A stretch of 64,000 bases of DNA, taken from the NCBI GenBank assembly GCA_964035545.1, contig OZ037767.1:21840628-21904627 (forward strand), written 5' to 3'. The stretch comes from Bugula neritina. Its lineage: Eukaryota > Animalia > Bryozoa. Below are positions 13,575 through 27,600 of the stretch, piece after piece; position 1 is the first letter of the stretch; every line of letters begins with the position of its first letter. The notes beneath the pieces are model-generated. The model had not been told where the DNA came from and made no database searches. It worked only from the letters and a program-made list of their open reading frames with translations. Both the position numbers and the translations under genes were made by a program.

Positions 13575-16500
13575 TTAATCGTCTCCTGGTATTTCATCAT
13601 TTCCTTTAGTTTCGCTTGTAGAAAAATCAGTTATGGCATCTGTGGAGGCTGACTCATCATTACCTGCGTCAGTATTGACTGACTCATCATTACCTGCGTC
13701 AGTATTGACTGACTCATCATTACCTGCGTCAGTATTGACTGACTCATCATTACCTGCGTCACTGTTGACTGGCTCAGTATTACCTGCATCAGTGTTAACT
13801 GATTCTTCACCATCTGGCTCAGAGCCAGCTGACTTATTCATGGGTGCTTCAACATCGTCTGGCTTAATATCTGTTGGCTCACAAGTTACTCCTGGCTCCA
13901 CTTCAAAATCTCCGCCTTCAACTGCCACCGTTGTCTTATCTGATAGATCAGCAACCTCCTTCACTGCATTCTCCCCCTGTTCAGCATCTTTCCCATCTTC
14001 TTCCACTTCTTCAAGTTCACTTGTTTTATCCATACTCTTGCAGAGTTCTTCTTTATTCGTTGAGTCACCATTTACCTCACCTTCTATTGCTTCTACTTGT
14101 GCCCCCTCTTCTAGATCAGGTGTACTGTGTTCTACTGGAGACTGGTCGAATTCTTTGTCATTCTTTTCCGTCAATGAATCTTTTTCAATAACCTGTATAA
14201 ATTTATGAACATGCTTTATTATTTATCACTGCATTTCCAAGCTTTGGAGTATGCGAATGAATTTTTCATTGATGTTTGGAAAAAGTTGCATCGAATGAAA
14301 CCACAACCGTAAGTTAATGCAAACTGCAACCACAAATTCATCCTTCGGAGCATTCATTCACTAAGCAATGTAGATGCAGTGTATACATTGTAAGTACTCT
14401 TTGCAATATGTATAGAACTTATTTGAAAGAAAACGTTAACAAAAGAATTAAACATGCAAGTTTGATAATTTTACTAGCCATGTTTTTTTTATAAAAATAA
14501 TAGTATGTCACTACCTGGCCATCTACTGCACTATTCTCTGGAGATATCTGTGATGGCTCTATTTCAACGTCTTTCTCTTCATCTACTTTGCCATCCTTTA
14601 AACAGATTATATGAAATTCTCTGAGTTTACACCACAACTTAACAATAGACTATTGGGAAATGATGTGAATAGCAAATAATGCTATTTAATATTTGAATTG
14701 CGAATTCCAATTAAACCTTTTGGAACAACGGCAAACTGATTAATGCAGGGATGCAGACTTTCCATCTGTCTTGATTTAAGTTATAATTTTTAGTTTGCTA
14801 TTTAGGTTTCAGCCTGTTTACTTTATTTTGTCTAAAAATAAATATCTGCTATAGAACCAAAGCTATAGGAAAAGTTCTAGCTGCAAATATTCACCCAAAC
14901 CCGTAACTTGCATCTAGCTCTTACATATTATTATCCTCAAATGCTTTTGTTGAAATACTCATTTAGATGAAGTAATGCAAATGTTCAATAGCACAAGCTC
15001 TTTAATTTTCTTTAATAATTTTAGTTTTTTTAGGGGGGGGGGGGTAGATTTTTTTGGAAAAACATGACTTGTTAATTGTTAAATTTTTCTTATCTAAAAC
15101 GCACTTTTTCAAATTTATTGATTACTGCACTTACTTTGAAATATTATAAAAAATTCAGCTGGCATATGTAAGGGTAAGTATGAAGTACAAGTGCAGATAA
15201 AGAGCCAAAAAGTTATACGTTCTAGCTGCAACCATTACGCTGAGGTTCATGTGTGTGGCATTTACTCAGGCTAGTGACAGAACTTTTATTTAGTATCCGT
15301 TCAACTCTTCAAAAAATTATCAGATTTAAAGCTACGCCCATCAGATACAATTTTTTTTATAATAGCTAAAACTCTCAAGCGTTTTGCACATGTGCAGCAC
15401 AACTGAAAGCCTAGCAGGATGTGAAATTACCAACTATATATTTCACAGTGATAGTTGCACAGATGAGGTGGGAGGGGGAGATATCAACGTTACAGTTGTG
15501 GCTAAGAAACACATGACAGTTAGCAAATTACTGCTTTAGCTTTTAATAGACATGGATAGAAAGGGTGAAGGTTGTGAATGCTATTTAGTGACAAACAGAC
15601 AGACAGGTGGTGAACATATAAGTGCCAGGTAGCAATACTCACTTAGCTGTTCCCTTTTTATGCAACAAAAATAATTGAACAGGTAATTTATTTCAGCAAT
15701 TTTAACCAGTTGGTTCTAATAAACACATCCAGCGATTAGTACGAAAAAATGCTTTCCCAATTTCTATTCCAAAATATATTCTTGTTTAATTCTAACCTGT
15801 TAGATCTAGACTAAATTTAGATCACCAGTATAATTTCAGTATATAAAGAAAGCATTGAAAATGTTATAATGCAAAGACTATGACCATATGATATTCCACC
15901 TACCACGATTGTGGGATTTTCATTTTCCTTGTTCTCAACTACAGTTGGTGCTGGAACTGGCTGAAAGTAGAGTATTTTATACTGTATGCAGTATGACAAG
16001 CTAGCATCTCTGACCCCACGAGAGCTGTGCATTCATACATATCAGAACAGAAGTATTCGGCAACATTCTGTCCTTTATGTCATTCTTGTATTAACTGCAC
16101 TGTACAAATATCTAGGGCATTCGATAGAATACACACTGAGTATTGGGAAAATATTTGTAGCCTACATTCTACATGTATGTACATGTGAGAAACAGTAAGG
16201 GTGTTTAGCAGAAGAACACAAGCTTGTACTGCAGCAATAAACACATTCATACATTTACACTAAAATAACAAAACTGACATCTTCCAAGGGAGTTGAAGGC
16301 TATAATTGCTTTCAAGGTTTTATTGCATTCATTATAACATAAACAGAAAGGCTGTAATAGTAATCTGTGATATGGTTATTAGCAAGAAGCATACACTGCA
16401 CTGGTGCATACTACATTGCACATTACATAGTGCGAGAGAGATTCAAAGCATGTAAAAGTATTTGGCAAGAAAGCTGAGCCTTCAACACTGGCAATTATTT

Positions 16501-19500
16501 GGCTCATGGAGAAAACATACCATCTCAATACTGATTGGTAGGGTTAAAAATCAAAACTAAGCAAAACATGCAGTAAATACAGAAGAAAACACAACACAAC
16601 ACTCAGGTATGCGATGACAGAGTAACATCAACAAGAAAAAGCAACATAACATAAAAAATTAGTGCACAAACACTATAAAATACAATAACAAAAATATGAT
16701 TGGATCACACTTAATACTAGAAAAATATAGCAGCACAGTACAGAAAGAGAAGGCGTGTCCCATTACACAGTCTTAATTGATAAGCGCTAACGAAACACTG
16801 TAGGAGTGTAACTGGTAACTCTAGCAGTAAGTAGAAGTGTAAATGAGCAGGATCACACCATGCGTCTCATCAACTCTGTAATATATAACCAAGAAACATT
16901 GTGATGTGAGTGACTACTAGGCAACTACAAGATGTAACTACAAATCAGTATTAGTTCTACGAGGAAATGCAATCTCTTGCTTATATGAGAGGGTGGAGGG
17001 ACCAGAAATAAGTGAATGGTATGTATTATGTAACCTAAGGGAGCGGCCATGGGCTAGGGGTTAGAGTGTTTGGCTTAGCAAACACGAAACACAAAGTCAT
17101 GGGTTTGAACCACAGCAAAGACAATTGGGGATGTCAGGAAGAGTATCCAGTCATAATTGCTCCTGTGTCCCATCTGGATAAGTCCTTGGCCCGATTTAAA
17201 AAAACCTCTTCCCTCAGGGTTTTTTCACAGAAATAGTGACTATAAACTTGTGCGAGTTTTTATGTATTATGTAACCTACTGTATTACTGACTATGACAAA
17301 GTTCGAATTTTGATAAGGGGTGGATCATGAAATTAATGACTATAATAAAGGGGTGGAAAGATGGGTTGCAAACTGTGATTGTACTGTCAATGTAGAAAAT
17401 GTGATGGAGTGAAAAGTAGGATAAATCATGTTAATGCTCTAACAAAGTTTAATATAAAACATCAGTACAAGATAAGACAAGAAATAACTCAAGAAACATC
17501 ACATATAATGCAGAAATGTCTCCAAGGGTCAAAACTACAACAGCTGATGTATTCATGCAACCTAGCAAATCTTCGCTCTATAGCATGACAACAGATAGCA
17601 GTTCACACCAACTACATAATCAAAGTGAAAACCCAGAACTGGAAGACTAACCATGTTCTTAGGCTTTGCCTGTTTGAAAAACTCCTCCACACAGTTATTT
17701 TCTAGAGAATCCGCAAATGTATCATAGTCCTGCAAGGTATAACTTAACTACTACAATATATGCCACTACATGGATTACTGTATCACATAATATAATATAT
17801 ATATATATATATATGATATGGCACCACAGTATTATAATATATGATATCACAGTATTATAGGATATGACATCACGGTATTATAGGATATGACATCACGGTA
17901 TTATGGGGTGACATCATAGTATTATGAGATGACATCACAGTGTTATGTAACAGGATACAATCACTGTGTTTTCAAGTAGGTGAATTAATTTGTACGGATG
18001 CCCATACAGATGACATTGAAGGAAAACCACACGTTCCTATGCAATCCGTACGAAGTTATTTTCTCTTTACAATTGTGCCAACTGAATTAAAATGGAGATT
18101 TATATGGCCAACTTTGAGTGTGTGTTCATGCCCAATAACAATTTAATTACTGCTTCTGTCCCTATTTTTGCTAGATTAAATTAATTAGATACGCAAACTT
18201 TGAGGCAATTTATTTTAAATTAAAAAATCACAAACCAATGAAAGCATAAAGTATTTTGTGACCGGTAAATGTAAGTTAAATTTTCAAAATGAAAATAGCT
18301 GTCAATCTAATTTTAGCTTGGGTATGCTTTGGCTTACAGAAAAGTTTTATAAATTTAAAATGATTGGTAATTATTTTAAATAATAGTAACCAAGATAAAT
18401 AAAATAATTTAAATTGTTATGGGGCGAAAGGCACTTCAGCATAGGTTGTACCTAATTATTGTTCACATCGAGTAACTATGTAACTAGCCGCCACAATCAC
18501 TGATCTCTGCCTCGGTCACAAAAGGTTTCATTCGATTTAACCGAAGGAACCATTTCCATCATTCGCATATGTTCGATTGAATTTCAGGCTACGGTTTGGC
18601 TTCGATGCAACTAGTTCCATGGGGCAAATGAAAAAATCCCATTCGCATAATGCGATAATGGAAACGTAGTGAATAAAAGTTTGATATTCTCCTAATAGAG
18701 AAGGAGGTTCAACTAAAAGTAACAGAAGTTCAGCAGATGAGTTGGTTAGGAAGCTTACTGATCACAAGACGTCTGAATGAGAAAAGAGCTGAAGATGACT
18801 AAGGATTGTACATATCAGCATGCAGAAACATGGTTCGAGGCGATTACTGTGGCACATATGTAGTTATGATATCACCAATGGCCTTCAAGATATAAACTAA
18901 TGATCCAGCACCAGTGTGCCATAGCAGACCATGCGCTAACCACTAGACAGTGACTGCCTAATCCTTATAATAGCAGTAATTTTATTTATTGTCAATTCTA
19001 ATTGCTAAAAATAATGCATCATTAAATCTTCTCACATTTTGTCACAAAATAAGCAAATGAAAGTAAAATAATTGATTTGAGGTTAGTTGGAAGTTGACAA
19101 AACTAATCAGTATAAAAACACAACAATTACACAATCAACAGATGCCATGCTAGGTAATTCACGACAAACATTATACTCACTCCAACATATTCTTCTCCAT
19201 AGAAGACTTGTGGAGGAAGGGCATTAGGTTGGTCACCCTTAGCTTTTGCATGCTCTCTCATAAACAACCTTCCCTCTTCATTCTCAGGAGCGCTGACATC
19301 TATTGCATCATATTCTATACCTCTGACATCCAAGGCATCGATGATAGTTTGCTGCTTCTTTCGAACCTGCAAAAAACAACCCGAACTACATAATATAAAT
19401 TAATAGACACAACCTGGTAAATTTAAAGTTTCAGGAGCACAGATGTTACACACTGCAACTGATTAGTTAAAGCAAATAACAACAAAAGGCAAAAAGGTTG

Positions 19501-19848
19501 TCTAATAAATTTCGCTACAAATGTTAAAAGTTGAAAGAGATATCTTAAATTTATACCTCAAGTGAGTTAAGTCACTACAACAAAAAATTAGGCATCCTAG
19601 TCAATAAAAGCTCAATTCATAATGATTGAATGGATCATTTACAACCAGCAATTGCAAAATATAGCAACATATCTACAAGCAAACAGTTACACGCTTCTCA
19701 TTATTAAGCTAGAAAGTAAACCTAAGGCTAAGTTATTTTTATAATTTAAATTTATTTTAGCCAAACTGCAAGAAACTAGAAAGTAAATTAAACTTACTGC
19801 ATTATTGCTTGAAATAGAAGTCATGTACACTTTGAGTTTGTGTACCAT
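13575..19848 (-). CDS. SH3BGR: SH3 domain-binding glutamic acid-rich protein (SH3BGR family, thioredoxin-like fold) with long acidic C-terminal tail, ~356 aa
   Basis: Exons 19848-19798, 19366-19181, 17729-17652, 15960-15904, 14595-14515, 14192-13575, all phase-0 GT-AG joins (1071 nt). MVHKLKVYMTSISSNNAVRKKQQ...IEYDAIDVS...FMRE...ALPPQVFYGEEYVGDYDTF...ENNCVEEFFK matches the SH3BGR domain. The Glu/Asp-rich tail exons are less certain. Confidence 0.88.
13651..13800 (-). repeat. Coding 30-bp tandem repeat x5 (ESVNTDAGND) in the SH3BGR tail
   Basis: gactcatcattacctgcgtcagtattgact: three exact and two diverged units. Confidence 0.9.
14226..14345. mobile_element. Short dispersed repeat (related copies at ~18550-18672 and 43512-43632)
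   Basis: atcactgcatttcca...gaaaccacaaccgtaagttaatgcaaactgcaaccacaaatt matches 43512-43632 in reverse complement. Confidence 0.6.
17039..17260 (+). mobile_element. tRNA-derived SINE (family A; central motif resembles the Meta-SINE core)
   Basis: A/B-box-like head, GTCAGGAAGAGTATCCAGTCATAA core, 18-bp TSD TATGTATTATGTAACCTA (17020-17037, 17261-17278). Two more copies occur in the window. Confidence 0.85.
17810..17945. repeat. ~23-bp minisatellite
   Basis: atatgacatcac(a/g)gtattatagg, about 6 diverged units. Confidence 0.75.
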
Positions 19849-20450
19849 TGTGATTGTGAATGTAATACTAATTGATGATTAGAAAATCGAATGCCAGAAA
19901 TTCAACTCTGACTTTCAGACCGGGACCCGGACTTTTGGAGTTGAGATGAAGTTAGGTAGTGAGCCGCAGTCAAGTCAGTATGAGTATGAGTGATACTGGT
20001 AGATATCAAAGTGATTAAAAATAAGTGGAAATTCTCATCAACAATTGAGTTACTGTTAGGTTTGGTTAACCTCAGTCTAAACTCTAAAGAATCCGAAAAA
20101 CAGTGAAAAATAGGTTTTCTAGACCTTGAAAAATAATGGTCAGGCAGCAAAGCAACAGGAAATACAAAATAAAAGTTTAAAGCGACTTCCGCTACGTCAT
20201 AGAAACTCGCTAGCGAAGATGAGCATAAATTTATCCGTTCTATTTTCTCTATATGACTAATGAAAAATTAGCGGCGCATGCTGAAGATTTTATGCGAGAA
20301 AAAATCTGCGATGAGCAAGAACTCAGCTTACAACGCAAACAAATAAAAATAGTCAATGTTATCTATTAAGTTATCTCCTGTAGCAAAGATGTTGCTTGGC
20401 GCTACAACAACGTAATATGCATTGGCACTCGCAATGCTTAGCTCAAAAGG
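19849..20450. promoter_or_regulatory. Probable bidirectional promoter region between the SH3BGR and LCA5-like genes
   Basis: Locally CpG-richer stretch between the SH3BGR ATG (19848, -) and a candidate non-coding first-exon donor AAAG|GTAC (~20448) that could splice to the acceptor at 21560. Inferred from geometry only. Confidence 0.5.
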
Positions 20451-21603
20451 TACATCGTTATGCAATTAGACAAATGTTAATGTCATAGCTAGAGTTTGAA
20501 ACCAAAGTCAATTCTAGATCTAAACTACTGAGCCGAGAATTCGCTAATGAGAAAAAAAGTTATAACTTATCATATATAATTCCTTAACTGCTAAAATTAA
20601 ATTAGCCAACACCAACAGTATGACTATCACTATGACTATGGCGATTAGTATGACTCATAGTAGCACTAACAATTACTCAAGCTGTAATTACTGCTTTACT
20701 CAAGCTGAAGCAGTCATGCTAATTAGTGACTATCAGCATCTATTTTATTTTTTATTGTTACTACTATTACTACTAGTAATAAATAATATTGCATTAATAA
20801 TCGCAATGGATTAAAATTTTGATACTAATAATAACACTAACAGTCATAGCAAAATCAGTACTTTATACTACTACTAATGAGAACACTTATAGTAATACTA
20901 ACAGCAGTAGCAATGCCAATATTCATACTCATAGTGATAGTAATAAAAGCTAAATAGCTGTAGAGTGTAGAACATACATTCATGTTTTATTATATTATCT
21001 AAAATTATATTTAGTGAAGTAAGAATCACTAATAATTAATATATATAATATGCAACTTGAACCTAAAATTAAATGATGGATACATTTTTTGATGCTTATT
21101 AGTGACACCTTGATACTGATAGTAAACAGAATGCAAAATAGAGCATAATCAACTTTAATACATATGTATGTATAAATGACATAATTTTGTTGAACTTTAT
21201 ACGAGTACCTTTGGCTTTATGTTTGCTAGAGTTTGACATTTTGCAGTAACAGCTTTAACAGTTTTTTCAACTTTTCAATTCAAGTAGCCTGTTTGTTTAC
21301 AGTTTGCCAGCCAATATATTGTTTTGCTTCATACTGTGCCACATATCTCAAAGCTCTGCGTTTTTTCAAGACATTCTTCTTGCACTTGAATGGATTTTGT
21401 AATTTCAAACAGCATGTTATTGTTCTAATATATCTAATGCTAACTAATTTAAATAATTTTGTTTACATTTTCTCCTTTAAAAGCCTTTAAAAAATTGAAT
21501 TTATTTTAAAATTTGAATTTTTCAGTTTAAAAAAGGTTATCATTTTTTGTCTATTTGCAGTGAAATTGCAATATGGTTCTGCTCGATGACCTAATTTTTG
21601 GTA

Positions 21604-24600
21604 ATGAATAGTCCTAGTCCAATGTCAGACCTCTATGATGACAATGACTTTGACCCAGTCACTCCTAGTGATTCAGACGATGAAAAAGATAGGCCTTTGA
21701 CAGAGCCATTAAACTCCACACCTCACCTGGATAAAGCTAGATCATTAAACAACAATAGCGATAATCACGACCAATACAATGATGGAAAGTACAACGACTC
21801 TTCTATCAAAATAACTCGGAAAATTGATGAGTCGCGTGAAGGTAGCGAGAGCGGTGGAACTACTAGGGGCAAAAGTCCTAGCAATTCTATTTCAAGCTAC
21901 AGTCATACTGATTACAAAGCTTCTGTTAGAGATGGTAATTTCTCAACACATATAGAATATGGTGGTCATGATTCTAGTAGTGTTATAGACACTAATAAAC
22001 CTACTAATATTGCCAGTCCTTTGCTCAATGGAAAACTCAGTAGATTCAGTGGTAGGAATTCTCGGGCACATTCACAAGGAGCTTATCCAGCCAAGGATGA
22101 TGATTATGCTGACGATTTTGATAATGATGATTATCTAAGTGATTTTGAAGATCAGCCAAAGAGTAGAAAATCTTATTCTGATGATATACAGGAAAACAAT
22201 AATAGGAAAGATGTCTCCAACACTGTGCAAGAGAAGGAGGCCATAGTATCAAGTTTTCAGCAGCATCATCGAGAAAAAAGTCATGTGAAGATTAGTAGCA
22301 ACCCGTATGCTGCCAGTCGCCAGTCAATCCTGTCCAGTAAGTTTTTCATCTGACATAAATCAAAATATACAAACTCATTTAAGTTTATAGTCGCCATTCC
22401 TGTGAAAAACCCCTGATGGAAAGGGTTTTTGTTTAATCGGGCTAAGGACTTATTCGGATGGGGCACAGGAGCAATTATGACTAGATGCTCTTTCTAACAT
22501 CACTAGTGGCCTTTGTCGGGGTTTGGACCCATGACTTCATGTATAGGTCTACTAGGCAAACGCTCTAACCCCTAGACCACAGCTGCTCCCGGCATGAATC
22601 AAAATATGACTATTCAGAAACTATTGCAAAAACTTTATCACTAATTTTGGCATCTAAATTTAGAAACAAGTTTATTTTTAAAGTTGCTATATTTATGGGC
22701 AAGTAGGTCTGATTATTGTATGTTGTTTTACAGAAAAAGGCAGCAGAAATACCACAGCTAACCGAAAGTTATATTCTCACTTGAACAGCTATTCTCGTCA
22801 GTCTAGAATCCCCTCTGCTCTCCACGTCAATGTTGACCATCTGAGGGTTAGTGGAGTCTTTCACTAGAGGCAGATTATCACATCTCGGTTTAGGAAGTTC
22901 TAGCTGAAGCTAGCAAGAACATTAACATTGTGTACTAATTTTAAATACTTTTCAATAGGATTTTAGTGTCAGAAGTTAATGCTTGTGAACTTGTCATCTC
23001 TGTTTTCTAATATATGGTTTTTTCAACATCCTTTACTTTTTAATGTCAATATTTTATTTTATAATTCATTTTATTACTAGAGAGATATAACAGAAATAAC
23101 TGATGAAATTGAAAATCTGAAAATAGAAAACAAAGCTTTAAAAAGAAACAACACTTTGCTAACTCGTCAATTAGAGAAAAAAGAGAAAGAAGAGATAGAA
23201 ATGCCAAATCTTTATGACAAACAGACTAAAGAGCTGAAGGCGTTGAAAGATCACCTCAAGTATTTGCAATATATTTATAATAAAAAGTAGCACTAAAAAT
23301 ATCTAAATAATTTTTTAATTTCAGTTGTTCTGTATTTTTGTAAACATGTTAATCCTGAGGAGCGCCGAGTAAATACACGCATACATTGGTTGTCAAAAGA
23401 AAACTTAGAATTCTCATAAAAAGAAAGACTCCTTTTGTATGGCTTTTCTGAGTAATAAATGCAGACCTCTTGTCCTAAATGAAATCTTATAGCACCTACA
23501 GCTTTTATATAAAAACAATTTTAGTATTAATTACATATGACATGTTTTCTTTTTGTTATTTTTATTGTTAAAAAGTTGTTAGATGTGCTATTGTGACAGC
23601 CACCTTTACCACTTCAATGTGGTAGTTGTAGTTCTTGCTGTTGTGTATCGTAAGACATAGATATAGTAAACTTCTGTTTTCACTATACTTGTTATTACTA
23701 AAACATGTGTATGCCATCTTTTGGACTACTTCACAAAAATAGTGCATATATAGCATCGAGTTTCATGATGTAGGCGCAGCAAGGAGAGGTATGAGAAAGC
23801 TGATGATAGATTGAGAATAGTTGAGAGAGAACTAAGGCAATCACAAAAAGAAGAGAAACATCTAGAAGCTATTGCAGAAGAAGAAGACCTGAAAGAAAGA
23901 AGTAGACTCCGCAAGCAACTGGAAAGAATTGTTATCTTGTCGGATGAAGCTGACCAACGAATTACAGTTTAGTTGTAGTGTTTAGATTACCCAGTGGTTC
24001 ATGTAGTTCATGTAGCACGCCTGCTTGCAAGCTAAAGGTCTCCGGTTTGAATCTCAGTGAGGGCAATTATTTTTAAATTAGTTATTGAAAGCTTTTAATA
24101 CCTGCAACTTGTAAGTGCCAAGTAAAAAGTCTTGGTGATAAAAAATTAAATGAAAAATAAAAGTGGTTGGGTTTTCTCAATTATGTTTGAGGCTTATTTA
24201 ACTAACTGCTGTTGAAATGCTAATATATTGACAGCACTTTATTGGCCATTTTCTTGTCATTTCTTCCAACCACCTTTTCAGTCTGATTATTATCTATTAT
24301 TAGAGCATAGAAAATGTTGCTAGCATATTTATTGCTTTGAAAGTATATTTTGTATAAATGATTTGATTAGCAACTGGAGAAATATGCAGAGAATTTGGAG
24401 AAATGCCATGAAAGTGAAATGTCAGCAGAGAATGAAAAGCACCGACAGACACTTGCCATGTTTCATGAGCTGACAGAGCAGTCACAGCAGCTTAAACAAA
24501 CGATCCAGGTATGCCTCAGACTATATTACACAATCATATATACCTCAGACTATATTACATAATCATATATACCTCAGACTATATTACATAATCATGTATA

Positions 24601-27600
24601 CCTCAGACTATATTACATAATCATATATACCTCAGACTATAATACATAATCGTATATACACCTCAGATTATATTACTATACTGCAGGGATGGGCAAATGT
24701 TTTCGAAATGGGGCCAAATCTCAAGATTTAAGGCGTAAGAAGGGCCAGGTTTGTTCGTTGTAAATTCAAGGTATAGGGGTAACGGCACAACGGGCCAATT
24801 TTGAATTTTTCGCTCTCATTTGTCTGTTTTTCAAGTTACTATAGTTCAATAATCTCTAGTCTAAATGCTACACCGTTGTCTGTTATAGGTATCAGTTGAT
24901 TGTTTCCATCTCTTTCACAACTTTCAGAATAAGGAAGTTTTCATGTCAAAAAAATGGCCCGTTGTGCCCGGTACCAGGGTACAATGGACCACTGGGTGGG
25001 ACACAACAAATATATTGAAACTTTCCTGATTTGGTTGCGTCTGATCTTTATTTATTTAATAATACAAATAAATAAAAATATTCTTTCAGATCTATAGCAA
25101 AAATCATGTTTTAGCTGTACAGTTTGTGCTACCACAGATAGCAGGGGGAGGCAAAATCAAACGCACATCACTCATTTTTACGTGCCATTATCACTACTGT
25201 TTAGAACTAAAAATGTTTTTTTCTGTTTCCACTTCACTGGAATTTTCATCAGTAACGTGTACTACAAAAATCCGAGTAGACTTTTTTCTATGAACTGTAG
25301 CTAAGGTGCATGGCTGAGGTTTGTGACTGAAACACGGAAGGGGAGGGGGGAGGAAATGAGCAAATCACAATTTATTTTAGTCAAATACACGTATATTCCC
25401 TCAATGATATAATATATATAATGAATATCACGCCTACCTACTATAGTAGCAACAGCAGAGTGTTTTGTATTATGCCTAAAATGGCAAAGCTTTAACTTCA
25501 CCAGATATATATATTAGGGGAGCTTCACATTGTAGTTTGGCAGTCTTGCCATGATATCTTTTGATATTTTACAAAAAGGTCAGAAATGGCTATATCTATA
25601 GATTTTAGTAACATTTCATTCAACTCTTTGGGCAAACAAACTAATAACAGTGATCAGGGTGCAATGATCAGCGTGGCCCATTGTGCCCCATGTGGCCAAG
25701 TTGAAAATAAATGTGGCTAAAGGAAAATTTATTTTAGAGTTTGCTGTTTTACTAGTTAAGCAATGTAGAGACAAGCAATGGCAACACTATCAGTAAAATC
25801 TAGGCTTGTTACCTTTCAGTGTAAAAATGTATAAAGCTTTATTGACATCTTCAAAAATATACAAAAAAGTAAGTAAAAACAGTTTTTGACTTGCCTTTTC
25901 AACATGTATGCTCCGCAAGTGTTGAAACTACAATGGCTGAATAACTATGTCATAAACTTTTTATTAAAAAAAACCACAACTCTTAGTTAATAAGTTCTCT
26001 CACAATTTGGCCGGCTTTTTGTACCCCTATGACTGCTGTGCCCTCCCCTTACCCCTACAATGCTGCATTACGAAGTGCATATATAAATTGCTTTTTTCCA
26101 GTTTTCTGGGCTGAAAGTATAAATTGCAGAATGTAGCTTGTAGATGCAGAATACAAAAGATACGACAGTTTATTAATTTAACAACAAGTTGTATATAGTT
26201 TCCTAAGCAAGAAAGCAGCAAGTAATATATTGGGTACACTTATAGTACTGGAATTAGTGAGAAGTATGAAAAACACTTTTGTTAGCCATAATAGCACTAA
26301 TGTCACTGCTAGTAATGGGTTCATGTGTGGCTACTCGAAGCAAATATTGCACATGCGCATTGGTGAGTTTGTTCTATTACTATTTTTATATGGTTCATGC
26401 TAGAAAACATGCATTCAAATTTATAAGTTTAACCAAATATGCTCAGTACTCTTAGTCCCAGTTTAGCTATTGAAGGGTACTTCTCACTGGTTACTGGTGA
26501 AGTGTAAAAGCTAACTGTTGTTGTTGCAGCAAAATGATAAATTGATTTGTTACAGCATGGATATCACATAACTCAAGTTGTAATGCTGCTACAATTGTGC
26601 TCACTGAAGCGTGATAATTAGTTTCAGCAGCTATGCATTGGCCAGAATCTTCTCATGAGTCATGTTCATGATTGGCCGGTGTTGCTTAGTACACACATTA
26701 TTAGAATTGCTAGTGATTGGCTGAGGGCCTGATTAAAACAGTAGAAGGGCCTGATGTGGCCCGCGGGCCGCCATTTGCCCATCCCTGCTATACTGGTTTG
26801 CTTTACTGAGACAATTTCTCTCCCTAGCTTGATGTTTCATAGTTTATAAGTTAGTTGAATATTAGATATCATTTTCTTACACAATGTATGCTCTTCTCTT
26901 GACTGAAAAAGGAGTGATCCTAGTTCTTATTTTGAAGAACAAGGAGACAGAGTTAGACCGGTATAGGATACAACATACTAGTCGTATGGCAATGTCAAGG
27001 GCACATGTCAACACAGCCCTGTCAGGTGTCATATACCCCCATACTAGTAGCTCAGAACAATCTGGTGCACAGGCTAAACCTTCTACACATTACTCTAGAG
27101 CCGGTACAGCTGTACTCAGAGCATTACCAGCACCACCTAGCTCAGTCACTAGTGAGCTTGTCAACAAACATGCACAGGTAATGACCATTTTATTAGGGTT
27201 ATTGTATAATTGTATATATGCATATTACAATTATTTCTTGATAGATCATCATACTTTATGATACTAAATTGTGCATGTTTTTGCAATTATAAAACATCTA
27301 CAATCCTATCGGTCACTCTTAGTTTATTTTGAACTGAAATTTTTTCAGTTGTATGTGATTGTTTGCAGTTATTTAAAATTCTGCTAAATCCTTTGAACAT
27401 GCTCCTGTGAAATAGTTGCTCAAAGTTTTCAATTATATCGAAAAATGGTAATCACTTTTCAAATGTATGCAGTATGTTTAAAAGAGAAGAAAAATTATAT
27501 TGCATATGTATCAGTAAGTAAATTATATATGTGTGTGCGTGTTTGTGTCACTTGATGCAGTTAAAATTGTGAATACCTAAAACTCACGCAAGTTTATAGT

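Noticed and set aside
13633-14208. 191-aa Ser-rich ORF on the + strand
   Set aside because: Antisense shadow of the acidic SH3BGR last exon, with no independent evidence.
20380-20410. RFX X-box for the ciliary gene (GTTGCTTGGCGCTAC)
   Set aside because: Only one half-site matches well, too weak to call without a PWM scan or conservation.
24512-24680. CRISPR-like array of ~30-bp repeats
   Set aside because: Units are head-to-tail with no unique spacers, it lies in a eukaryotic intron, and there are no cas genes.
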